Shown: positions 38,511 through 51,013, counted from the stretch's first letter. The stretch is DNA of 64,000 nt from Laetmonice hystrix (GCA_965235115.1 OZ249436.1:38132001-38196000), one strand, 5' to 3'. The notes: generated from the sequence alone by a model not told the origin. A program made the numbers and translations.

Positions 38511-38906
38511 TAGGGCTGGACAGTCTCGTGACCTGGATATGCAAATGACGTAAAATAGCCTCAAACCACTTGCGCTTTGGGGACAAACAATGTGACGTCA
38601 CAAATTGCCCATAGGTTTAACATAGGCTCAGTAACAACAATTTCTAAAATCAGGCTGTGTGTAAAAAAATTAACTTCTTACAGGTAAAATGTACCTTTTC
38701 ATTCAGTAAACTTGTTAGTTAATCATAATTGTAAAGCTCAAGACTCAAAGTGCTCTCATTGGGGAGCAAAAATATTTTGAAGTTGACAGTCGCTGGTCCC
38801 TATGGGCGTAGCAATGCTAAACTGACGAGACTATCCTCTGTTTGTCCCCATTCTCGCTCTTTCTCGCATGTTTGCCTATCCAGGACACGAGAACTGGCCA
38901 GCCCTA
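38511..38906. mobile_element. ~396-bp MITE, copy 2 (inverted)
   Basis: TAGGGCTGGACAGTCTCGTG ... CACGAGAACTGGCCAGCCCTA. Confidence 0.85.
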
Positions 38907-39403
38907 TTCATAGATCTTTGGTTCGACGGAGCGCATGCCGGGCGGCCGGTCTACCGCTGGGGGGAGACGGGGGTCCGTACATGGTTTTCCACACATGCGG
39001 GATACAAATTAGGGGACAGTCGGATGTTGATTGACATTTTAGTCGTTCGAGTGGAGGGGGAGGATGAGTCAAGCCGGGTTCGGCCCGCTGACACACTGAC
39101 TTGACAGTCTGCACACTGCCGGCCGCAGCCCGGCTGCGCCTGCTTCACGGCCACATTGACAGCCTGTAGTCCGACATGCACAGTGCTTCACACAATGTGT
39201 TAGGCCTGCACATGTCGGACTACCCTCCATGTGTATAACTGTAAGATCACAGCCAGAAAAATCTGTCGCAACTTTACTTCCCGGTTGTGGAATAGTGGAC
39301 GCCGCTGCATGGCTTGTTTACTCGCAACTTCAAAACGAGGCTTAGATTGTGACGAAGTGTTATTTTTAAACTCGTGTATTCTCCGACTTGACCTAATGGT
39401 AGC

Positions 39404-39713
39404 CAGTGGCGGATTTAGGGGGGGGGGGGCACAGGGGGCCTGTGAAATTTTTCAAAAGCAGGGGTTTGCCCCCCCCCCGCCCCCCACTGAGTGACCCTTG
39501 CCCGGCATCATGTCAGGTAGCGATGAGTCCATTCGTCCGCCAACACCTGTGCCCCCCCCCCCCCCCAAAAAAAAAATCCTGGATCCGCCCCTGTAGGCTG
39601 TAGGCCTATTTTGTTTCCCTCACTCAGAAGGCCTCAGTAGGCCTATAGGAGGACCAAAACCCTGCCTTTGAAAATTTCGGGGGGACCCCTGTGCCCCCCT
39701 AAATCCGCCACTG
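39404..39713. mobile_element. hAT-like MITE (CAGTGGCGGATTTAGGGG TIR)
   Basis: cagtggcggatttagggg...gcacagggg / cccctgtgccccctaaatccgccactg; no TSD recognised. Confidence 0.7.
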
Positions 39714-39823
39714 GCTAACTAATAGCTTGTGAAAAATAGGCCCTAGGGCTAGGCCTAGATCTAGACTCTATAGCCTAGGCCTACTCACTACACTAGATCT
39801 ACAGTACAGAGGGGCGGATCCAG

Positions 39824-40044
39824 GGGCGGGTTGCACTAACGGTCCTACGGGTTAGGACTGAATTTAGGACCAGTCCTACTGAGTGTCATGCCCCCCAAGC
39901 ACTTCATATCTATTTGAGTTTGAATAGACCTTGAGATTTAAAAGTTGACGAATTACATTTAAATTATGGATATTGGCCACTGTTGAATGTATGACTGGTC
40001 CTAAATTCAGTCCTAACCCGTAGGACCGTTAGTGCAACCCACCC
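39824..40044. mobile_element. PIF/Harbinger-like MITE inserted into the TIR of a GGGGCGGATCCAGG-type MITE
   Basis: ~50-bp TIR GGGYGGGTTGCACTAACGGTCCTACGGGTTAGGACTGAATTTAGGACCAGTC; 3-bp TSD CAG. Confidence 0.85.
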
Positions 40045-42489
40045 CAGGATTTTCAAGACCGGGGGGGGGGGTGCTATGGAAAAAGGGCAATTTCTCAAAC
40101 CGCCCCCCCCCCCCAGTGAGTAGCCTAAACAGTCAAATAAAAGTAGCATATAGCCTATGCACAATTAATAGATCTAACAGCTAGGGGCCGTAGGCCTAGG
40201 CCTAGTTAGAAATTTGGGGGCAGTCAAGGGCGGATCTAGGAATTTGGTAAAGCGGCGGTCCCCCATGATGCGCCCGCCGAAAGCGCGAAGCCATGAATGG
40301 GGGGGGGGGGGCTCCCCTAGAAAAAATTAATTAGGCCAAGACCATTGGAAATTTAAATTTTAAAAATCTTTCGTAAAAATAAAAAAGGGCACGGGAGGAG
40401 AGAAAAGGGCACTTGGGGCGAGATGGAAGGTGCGCCCCCTCTGCACCCTCCTGGATCCGCCACTGGATCTATATCAATAAAATTGGTCAATAGTAATACG
40501 ACCCGAAAATAGTGAACCTGAACATGAACTGGTCTGTGCTCAAGAAGCATTGCCATTGGATTTTAAAATTACGCTAGGCCTACTGTCGCACATAGGCCTA
40601 GGCCCCTATATCTCTGACAGCGACCGTCAGTTAGGCCTATCGAGGCACATGTGCCCTGCGGTCCCGGGTGTCTAACGCAGAGCTCTATAGATGTGCAAGC
40701 AGAAATGAAATGTAGGCCTAGAATAGATAGGCCTACCATACAATAAGAACTGAATCCAGATATCATCATCTAGGGGCCTATAGTAGGCCTATATGCATCT
40801 AAAAAAAGAGATATCTGATCATATTTAGGCCTGCTTTATCAACGCAGTTTTGCACTCTATATAGATCAGAGTCAGACAGGAACGGACTACGCACGCCGGG
40901 CGTGGCTTGCCCTCGGGCACGGCCGCTGACAGACCCTGGCCACTCGTTCGGGCGACCCTGACAAAGATGGCGGCGCCCATACGGCCAACTCTCGCGATTT
41001 CTCGCGATTTCTCTTCTCGCGCGATCTGCAGAAACAGAATGAAAATTTTCTTCGCGTTTTTTTTTTTTTTCTCGCGAGATTTTTTTTTTATTATTTTTAT
41101 TTCTCTCGAGATTTTTTTTTTTTTTTTTTTTTTTTTTGCGAGATTTCTTTTTCTCGCGAGATTTTTTTATTTTTATTTTTTTTTTGCCGCTTTTTTTTAA
41201 AGAGTGTTTTATTTTATTTCATTTATTTTAATGGTAGCATTCTCGGCTTCCGTAAATTACGGAGGGTCCGTATTTAAAAAAGTACTGAATCCTTTTATCC
41301 CAAACTTAAGACATATTACGGCAAAAGGTCTTGTGAATATAAGCAAAGTTGGAGCCTATGAAAGGGAATGAAAGGTACCCCAAATAAGCGATTAAAACAG
41401 GCAGACAGATGTATTCAAAGTTTCCTATTCCTGACAGAAGGTTGCGCCACAAGTACACTTAGCCCTAATTATTTAGGTTATTAATTAACCAGTTTTCTGT
41501 TATAATGGATTAGAAATGGAAGACTCATTGGAGATTTGGTATTCCTAGCAACGTTGAGAATTTCACTAAGGTTCCTCCAACAGTAAAGTGGATAACAACT
41601 TATTTCATTTAAAAGTATAATTAATTCTTAAAGTGTATTTCTATAATAAGGATTGCGGGGTATGCGTACATAGAGAGTGACCATGCATGCCTGCATACAG
41701 GAGCAGTATGATTACTCCCCTGGCATTATCAAAAGAGCTATAGTGTTCAGATTGTGGAGTCCACCTTTTTATTCAGAATTAATTAATTAAAAATACTTTA
41801 CCTAAGAAATCTGAAATAGAATCCACTTAGAAATGTGTAGAACACCTAGGGCTATAATAACGCCACTTTTTATAGAATTTGAACCATTTTTGACCAATTA
41901 CCGCAACTTTAGGAAAGATATCACCTTTCAGTGCAACTCTCCAACAACGTCTGGGCGGCCCAGAAATGTGATCTAGTCAATTTTCTTAATTACGCATAAA
42001 TTCACCTAATTATGTTAATATATCCTCCTTGCCACCTAAAGAAACGATCTGTGATGTTTTTCTAATTGTTTAAAATTGTACGGGGCCAAAACCCCTCAAT
42101 TAATCACCCTGTCCCCCCAGGCACTTGTGCTGCCACCTATCGGTTATCGGACGTTGTGGCCACTTTAGCCTACTATTGGTATATATAAACTTTACTTTTC
42201 CCCAGATTCATTTTCAGATATCTTTTTTCACACAAACACTTCAGTGTTTAAATGCACATATAAACCTACGGTGAGGATACCACGTGTATCTTTCGCTATG
42301 GATTTGTACAAATACAACGAATAGAGTATATTATATATCAGACCCATAGAGGAGTCTATACCTGCTGTTAGGCTGTCTACTGAGGTCAATTTGTCGACGT
42401 CCTGTTAACGTAAGACAGACGTTGCAATATGATGGCTGCGCCCACTGGGTATCTCCATGTATATGGGATATAGCCTTGTCACCAACATG

Positions 42490-43440
42490 TCACAGAAAGC
42501 TCACAGAAAGCTCACAGTGTGACCTCACACTGTGAGAAGTTGTGACACCACTGACTACATCACCATGCACGAAGTCACCATGCATGAACTCACAGCAACC
42601 TCATATTGTGACCTCTCAGGATGACCTCACTATGAACTCAAAGACCATGATGTCAGTTAGCTAACGGATAGATCACAGTATGACTTCACAATGTGAGTTC
42701 CCTGTGTCATCATAGTGAGGTAGTTTTTCGTGAAGTCACATCATGATAGAATTGTGACATCACTGTGATGCTTTGACAAATACATCACCAACAGGTCACA
42801 GAAAGCTCACGATATGACTTCAGAACTTGGTATGGTGAGACCTCACCATAAGCTCACAGAAAGCTCACAGTGTGACCTGACACTGTGAGAAGTTGTGACA
42901 CCACTGACTACATCACCATGAACTCACAGCAACCTCATATTGTGACCTCTCAGGATGACCTCACTATGAACTCAAAGACCATTATGTCAGTTAGCTAACG
43001 GATAGATCACAGTATGACTTCACAATGTGAGTTCCCTGTGTCATCATAGTGAGGTAGTTTTTCGTGAAGTCACATCATGATAGAATTGTGACATCACTGT
43101 GATGCTTTGACAAATACATCACCAACAGGTCACAGAAAGCTCACGATATGACTTCAGAACTTAGTATGGTGAGACCTCACCATAAGCTCACAGAAAGCTC
43201 ACAGTGTGACCTCACACTGTGAGAAGTTGTGACACCACTGACTACATCACCATGAACTCACAGCAACCTCATATTGTGACCTCACAGGATGATCTCACTA
43301 TGAACTCAAAGACCATGATGTCAGTTAGCTAACGGATAGATCACAGTATGACCTCACAATGTGAGTTCCCTGTGTCATCATAGTGAGGTAGTTTTTCGTG
43401 AAGTGACATCATGGTAAAATTGTGACATCACTGTGATGTC
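42490..43440. repeat. Right subterminal tandem repeat of the CACTA-like element (~335-bp unit x~3)
   Basis: agttgtgacaccactgactacatcacc recurs near 42538, 42891 and 43226. Confidence 0.92.
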
Positions 43441-43525
43441 AGTGTTAGGTCATCTTTATGATCTCATCCCGTGACTTTCAGGTGAGCTCATTATGAGTAT
43501 GGCATTAGCTCACGTCTTCACTGGG

Positions 43526-46500
43526 TAGGTGGCGCTGTGGTCACCGTAAGTAAACCAAGGTATATGCTGATAACAGAAGTACATAAACATATTAGCCTAT
43601 GTTGTTTTATCATAACAAAGAAAAAGAAAAGTTCCTTCTTCTAAATCAGCATTTATTGTGAAAAATAGCAAGCTTGGATACCTTATCTCAGACCTAAGGC
43701 ATTTTCCAGTAAGGACCCCCCCCCCCCAAATGAAACATTCGTAGATGAAAAGACACCATTCTGGATGAGTTAGGTACTTGAACCACTCGACACTTCCCCT
43801 GTTCAGTAAATCAGAGAACTCACGTTTCTCCTCATTCCACGTATAAATCTTTCGCCTTTTACTAAAGATTTCCGTGGGGAGGAACATTACAATGAGTCTA
43901 TAGACGAATTTTTGCATCCCTGCTCTAAGAGCGGGGTAATTGAATAATGAAGAATAGTCTCCTAACGCAAACTGATTCAGACGAAGAATGTTGTTTATGA
44001 ATAGGCCTAATTGGGATGGAAAATAAAAATTGTAACTAGTAAATGAAGAAAAAAAGATTACCGCAAGGAGATACATTCCAGTGCCTTTCAGAATTATTTA
44101 AGGAACATCTCCTCAAAGGGCTGGGTATTTAAAGCGAGGGAACTGAATGTTCTGCCTGAAGGCAGCATATAGGTACACGCTACAGATATAAAATGTGTTC
44201 TTTTTATCATAAATATCTATTCTGCCTGAAAAAAACCCACCAAACACGCAATGTGCCCCCGGACGGGCGCGGTGACGGTAGAGGTAGACCTACCTTCCCG
44301 TTGTCCTAAAGATTACCTACACACAGAAGCCTTAGAGCGTCTGTACTCTTTTCATGGTCTCGATGTATGGATCAATTTGACAAAACCAATGCGTCTAAGA
44401 CAAATACATTTTGCAGTCGTTCTTCAAGACAGACTGCCCTTCAAGATGCTCTATTCTTAGCATATTTTGTCATTTGATCTGGGCCATGGCGCAAATTGGG
44501 CACTTTTGCTGTGCAATAAGTCGGCCAGGGAGCGGTTTGACACGTTGTCGCCAGACGGCCTTCAGTGCACAAGGCTAGGTGGCGCTGTGGTCACCGTAAG
44601 TAAACCAAGGTATTGCTGATAACAGAAGTTCATAAACATATTATGTTGTTTTATCATAACGAAGAAAAAGAAAAGTTCCTTCTTCTAAATCAGCATTAAT
44701 TTTATTCTGAAAATAGCAAGCTTGGATACCTTATCTCAGACCTAAGGGCATTATCCTTTCAGTATTCCCAAATGAAAAAATGAAACCTTCGTAGATGAAA
44801 ATACACCATTCTTGATGAGTTAGGTACTTGAACCACTCGACACTTCCCCTCTTCAGTAAATCAGAGAACTCACGTTTCTCCTCATTCCACGTATAAATCT
44901 TTCGCCTTTTACTAAAGATTTCCGTGGGGAGGAACATTACATTGAGTCTATAGACGAATTTTTGCATCCCTGCTCTCAGAGCGGGGTAATTAAAAAAGGA
45001 AGAATAGTCTCCTAACGCAAACTGATTCAGACGACGAATGTTGTTTGTAAATAGGCCTAAATAAGATGGAAAAATAAAAATTGTAAAATAGTAAATGAAG
45101 AAATTAAGGTTACCGCAAGGAAATATATTCCAGTGGTTTCAGAATTATTTTAGGAACATCTCCTCAAAGAGTGGGGAATTTAATGCAAAGGAACTGCATG
45201 TTCTGCCTGAAGGCGGCATTATGTACACGTTACAGGTATAAAATGTTTTCTTTTTATTATAAATGTCTATTCTGCCTGGAAAGAAACAAATAACACAAAC
45301 ACGTAATGGGCCCCCGGACGGGCGCGTTGGCAACAGAGGTAGACCTACCTGCCTGTTGTCCAAAAGATTACCTATAAATAAATTTTGCAGTTCTTGTTAA
45401 AAGGAGACTGCGCTTCAAGATACTCTATTCTTAGCATATTTTGTCATTTGATCTGGGCCATGGCACAAATTGGGCGCTTTTGCTGTGCAATAAGTCGGCC
45501 GGGGAGCGGTTTGACGCGTTGTCGCCAGACGGCCTTCAGTGCACAAGGCTATAGGTGGCGCTGTGGTCACCGTAAGTAAACCAAGGTATATGCTGATAAC
45601 AGAAGTACATAAACATATTAGCCTATGTTGTTTTATCATAACAAAGAAAAAGAAAAGTTCCTTCTTCTAAATCAGCATTTATTGTGAAAAATAGCAAGCT
45701 TGGATACCTTATCTCAGACCTAAGGCATTTTCCAGTAAGGACACCCCCCCCCAAATGAAACATTCGTAGATGAAAAGACACCATTCTGGATGAGTTAGGT
45801 ACTTGAACCACTCGACACTTCCCCTGTTCAGTAAATCAGAGAACTCACGTTTCTCCTCATTCCACGTATAAATCTTTCGCCTTTTACTAAAGATTTCCGT
45901 GGGGAGGAACATTACAATGAGTCTATAGACGAATTTTTGCATCCCTGCTCTAAGAGCGGGGTAATTGAATAATGAAGAATAGTCTCCTAACGCAAACTGA
46001 TTCAGACGAAGAATGTTGTTTATGAATAGGCCTAATTGGGATGGAAAATAAAAATTGTAACTAGTAAATGAAGAAAAAAAGATTACCGCAAGGAGATACA
46101 TTCCAGTGCCTTTCAGAATTATTTAAGGAACATCTCCTCAAAGGGCTGGGTATTTAAAGCGAGGGAACTGAATGTTCTGCCTGAAGGCAGCATATAGGTA
46201 CACGCTACAGATATAAAATGTGTTCTTTTTATCATAAATATCTATTCTGCCTGAAAAAAACCCACCAAACACGCAATGTGCCCCCGGACGGGCGCGGTGA
46301 CGGTAGAGGTAGACCTACCTTCCCGTTGTCCTAAAGATTACCTACACACAGAAGCCTTAGAGCGTCTGTACTCTTTTCATGGTCTCGATGTATGGATCAA
46401 TTTGACAAAACCAATGCGTCTAAGACAAATACATTTTGCAGTCGTTCTTCAAGACAGACTGCCCTTCAAGATGCTCTATTCTTAGCATATTTTGTCATTT

Positions 46501-49500
46501 GATCTGGGCCATGGCGCAAATTGGGCACTTTTGCTGTGCAATAAGTCGGCCAGGGAGCGGTTTGACACGTTGTCGCCAGACGGCCTTCAGTGCACAAGGC
46601 TAGGTGGCGCTGTGGTCACCGTAAGTAAACCAAGGTATTGCTGATAACAGAAGTTCATAAACATATTATGTTGTTTTATCATAACGAAGAAAAAGAAAAG
46701 TTCCTTCTTCTAAATCAGCATTAATTTTATTCTGAAAATAGCAAGCTTGGATACCTTATCTCAGACCTAAGGGCATTATCCTTTCAGTATTCCCAAATGA
46801 AAAAATGAAACCTTCGTAGATGAAAATACACCATTCTTGATGAGTTAGGTACTTGAACCACTCGACACTTCCCCTCTTCAGTAAATCAGAGAACTCACGT
46901 TTCTCCTCATTCCACGTATAAATCTTTCGCCTTTTACTAAAGATTTCCGTGGGGAGGAACATTACATTGAGTCTATAGACGAATTTTTGCATCCCTGCTC
47001 TCAGAGCGGGGTAATTAAAAAAGGAAGAATAGTCTCCTAACGCAAACTGATTCAGACGACGAATGTTGTTTGTAAATAGGCCTAAATAAGATGGAAAAAT
47101 AAAAATTGTAAAATAGTAAATGAAGAAATTAAGGTTACCGCAAGGAAATATATTCCAGTGGTTTCAGAATTATTTTAGGAACATCTCCTCAAAGAGTGGG
47201 GAATTTAATGCAAAGGAACTGCATGTTCTGCCTGAAGGCGGCATTATGTACACGTTACAGGTATAAAATGTTTTCTTTTTATTATAAATGTCTATTCTGC
47301 CTGGAAAGAAACAAATAACACAAACACGTAATGGGCCCCCGGACGGGCGCGTTGGCAACAGAGGTAGACCTACCTGCCTGTTGTCCAAAAGATTACCTAT
47401 AAATAAATTTTGCAGTTCTTGTTAAAAGGAGACTGCGCTTCAAGATACTCTATTCTTAGCATATTTTGTCATTTGATCTGGGCCATGGCACAAATTGGGC
47501 GCTTTTGCTGTGCAATAAGTCGGCCGGGGAGCGGTTTGACGCGTTGTCGCCAGACGGCCTTCAGTGCACAAGGCTATAGGTGGCGCTGTGGTCACCGTAA
47601 GTAAACCAAGGTATATGCTGATAACAGAAGTACATAAACATATTAGCCTATGTTGTTTTATCATAACAAAGAAAAAGAAAAGTTCCTTCTTCTAAATCAG
47701 CATTTATTGTGAAAAATAGCAAGCTTGGATACCTTATCTCAGACCTAAGGCATTTTCCAGTAAGGACACCCCCCCCCAAATGAAACATTCGTAGATGAAA
47801 AGACACCATTCTGGATGAGTTAGGTACTTGAACCACTCGACACTTCCCCTGTTCAGTAAATCAGAGAACTCACGTTTCTCCTCATTCCACGTATAAATCT
47901 TTCGCCTTTTACTAAAGATTTCCGTGGGGAGGAACATTACAATGAGTCTATAGACGAATTTTTGCATCCCTGCTCTAAGAGCGGGGTAATTGAATAATGA
48001 AGAATAGTCTCCTAACGCAAACTGATTCAGACGAAGAATGTTGTTTATGAATAGGCCTAATTGGGATGGAAAATAAAAATTGTAACTAGTAAATGAAGAA
48101 AAAAAGATTACCGCAAGGAGATACATTCCAGTGCCTTTCAGAATTATTTAAGGAACATCTCCTCAAAGGGCTGGGTATTTAAAGCGAGGGAACTGAATGT
48201 TCTGCCTGAAGGCAGCATATAGGTACACGCTACAGATATAAAATGTGTTCTTTTTATCATAAATATCTATTCTGCCTGAAAAAAACCCACCAAACACGCA
48301 ATGTGCCCCCGGACGGGCGCGGTGACGGTAGAGGTAGACCTACCTTCCCGTTGTCCTAAAGATTACCTACACACAGAAGCCTTAGAGCGTCTGTACTCTT
48401 TTCATGGTCTCGATGTATGGATCAATTTGACAAAACCAATGCGTCTAAGACAAATACATTTTGCAGTCGTTCTTCAAGACAGACTGCCCTTCAAGATGCT
48501 CTATTCTTAGCATATTTTGTCATTTGATCTGGGCCATGGCGCAAATTGGGCACTTTTGCTGTGCAATAAGTCGGCCAGGGAGCGGTTTGACACGTTGTCG
48601 CCAGACGGCCTTCAGTGCACAAGGCTAGGTGGCGCTGTGGTCACCGTAAGTAAACCAAGGTATTGCTGATAACAGAAGTTCATAAACATATTATGTTGTT
48701 TTATCATAACGAAGAAAAAGAAAAGTTCCTTCTTCTAAATCAGCATTAATTTTATTCTGAAAATAGCAAGCTTGGATACCTTATGTCAGACCTAAGGGCA
48801 TTATCCTTTCAGTATTCCCAAATGAAAAAATGAAACCTTCGTAGATGAAAATACACCATTCTTGATGAGTTAGGTACTTGAACCACTCGACACTTCCCCT
48901 CTTCAGTAAATCAGAGAACTCACGTTTCTCCTCATTCCACGTATAAATCTTTCGCCTTTTACTAAAGATTTCCGTGGGGAGGAACATTACATTGAGTCTA
49001 TAGACGAATTTTTGCATCCCTGCTCTCAGAGCGGGGTAATTAAAAAAGAAAGAATAGTCTCCTAACGCAAACTGATTCAGACGACGAATGTTGTTTGTAA
49101 ATAGGCCTAAATAAGATGGAAAAATAAAAATTGTAAAATAGTAAATGAAGAAATTAAGGTTACCGCAAGGAAATATATTCCAGTGGTTTCAGAATTATTT
49201 TAGGAACATCTCCTCAAAGAGTGGGGAATTTAATGCAAAGGAACTGCATGTTCTGCCTGAAGGCGGCATTATGTACACGTTACAGGTATAAAATGTTTTC
49301 TTTTTATTATAAATGTCTATTCTGCCTGGAAAGAAACAAATAACACAAACACGTAATGGGCCCCCGGACGGGCGCGTTGGCAACAGAGGTAGACCTACCT
49401 GCCTGTTGTCCAAAAGATTACCTATAAATAAATTTTGCAGTTCTTGTTAAAAGGAGACTGCGCTTCAAGATACTCTATTCTTAGCATATTTTGTCATTTG

Positions 49501-51013
49501 ATCTGGGCCATGGCACAAATTGGGCGCTTTTGCTGTGCAATAAGTCGGCCGGGGAGCGGTTTGACGCGTTGTCGCCAGACGGCCTTCAGTGCACAAGGCT
49601 ATAGGTGGCGCTGTGGTCACCGTAAGTAAACCAAGGTATATGCTGATAACAGAAGTACATAAACATATTAGCCTATGTTGTTTTATCATAACAAAGAAAA
49701 AGAAAAGTTCCTTCTTCTAAATCAGCATTTATTGTGAAAAATAGCAAGCTTGGATACCTTATCTCAGACCTGGCATTTTCCAGTAAGGACCCCCCCCCCC
49801 CACCCCAAATGAAACCTTCGTAGATGAAAAGACACCATTCTGGATAAGTTAGGTACTTGAACCACTCGACACTTCCCCTCTTCAGTAAATCAGAGAACTC
49901 ACGTTTCTCCTCATTCCACGTATAAATCTTTCGCCTTTTACTAAAGATTTCCGTGGGGAGCAACATTACAATGAAGATATTGCTGTCAATTGACAATGAC
50001 TCGTTTGCATAAGATCTGTCAGCTAACTGAGCCTGCAGCTTGAGCAAGTGATTGGACACGGTTAATGTTGCAGTGCCCGCCAAAAGGGGTGCTTGAACGC
50101 ACCACAAGCACCCACCCCCCCCCCGCCCAGCGCCCTCTGCAGTACAATTTGGCCTGCAATCCGGTGTCTCTCACTAGGTGGCGCCAATATATTTTACAAA
50201 TCGCTAGATGGCGCTGTGCCGATCATGTGACCACTGATCGCCAGCACGGCCCATCGTATTAATATAATTTCAATAAGTTGACAGAATAATGATACTAGAT
50301 TGAGATATATTTGATTGTACAATTATTATGAATTGCGTATCTTCCATTTAAAAAAAAAAAGAAAAAAAAAAGAGAAAAGATTTCCGTGGGGAGGAACATT
50401 ACAATGAGTCTATAGACGAATTTTTGCATCCCTGCTCTAAGAGCGGGGTAATTGAATAATGAAGAATAGTCTCCTAACGCAAACTGATTCAGAATGTTCT
50501 GCCTGAAGGCAGCATATAGGTATAGATATAAAATGTTTTCTTTTTATCATAAATATCTATTCTGCCTGAAAAAAACAAATGAACCAAACACGCAATGTGC
50601 CCCCGGACGGGCGCGGTGACGACAGAGGTAGACCTACCTTCCCGTTGTCCTAAAGATTACCTACACACAGAAGCCTTAGAGCGTCTGTACTCTGTTCATG
50701 GTCTCGATGTATGGATCAATTTGACAAAACCAATGCGTCTAAGACAAATAAATTTTGCAGTCGTTCTTCAAGGCAGACTGCCCTTCAAGATGCTCTTAGC
50801 ATATTTTGTCATTTGATCTGGGCCATGGCGCAAATTGGGCACTTTTGCTGTGCAATAAGTCGGCCAGGGAGCGGTTTGACACGTTGTCGCCAGACGGCCT
50901 TCAGTGCACAAGGCTAGGTGGCGCTGTGGTCACCGTAAGAAAACCAAGGTATTGCTGATAACAGAAGTTCCTAAACATATGAAACCTTCGTAGATGAAAA
51001 TACACCATTCTTG
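43526..51013. repeat. Macrosatellite, right arm (same dimer, in register; degenerate at the right edge)
   Basis: The same ORF recurs at 44251, 46276 and 48301, with a diverged copy at 50595. Confidence 0.97.
49975..50375 (+). mobile_element. A-tailed retroposed insertion in the last satellite dimer
   Basis: Unique 401-bp sequence ending in an A-rich tail (50350-50375), flanked by a 32-bp duplication aaagatttccgtggggag(c/g)aacattacaatga. Confidence 0.7.

Larger units (their letters stand above)
37797..41254. mobile_element. Non-autonomous IS3EU-like DNA transposon nested in the CACTA-like element
   Basis: Perfect 22-bp TIR TACGGAAGCCGAGAATGCTACC, extending imperfectly ~280 bp through A/T tracts with TCTCGCGAGA motifs; 6-bp TSD AATTAC on both sides. 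TAYGG termini with a 6-bp TSD match IS3EU. Confidence 0.85.
33671..43525. mobile_element. Non-autonomous CACTA/EnSpm (CMC)-like DNA transposon, 9855 bp
   Basis: TIRs CCCAGTGAAGA / TCTTCACTGGG. The TA target duplication is established from uninterrupted monomers (ggcTATAggtggc). Dense TGTGAG/CTCACA subterminal repeats occur at both ends. No transposase ORF was found. The superfamily is inferred from CCC termini, the 2-bp TSD and the subterminal repeats. Confidence 0.85.
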
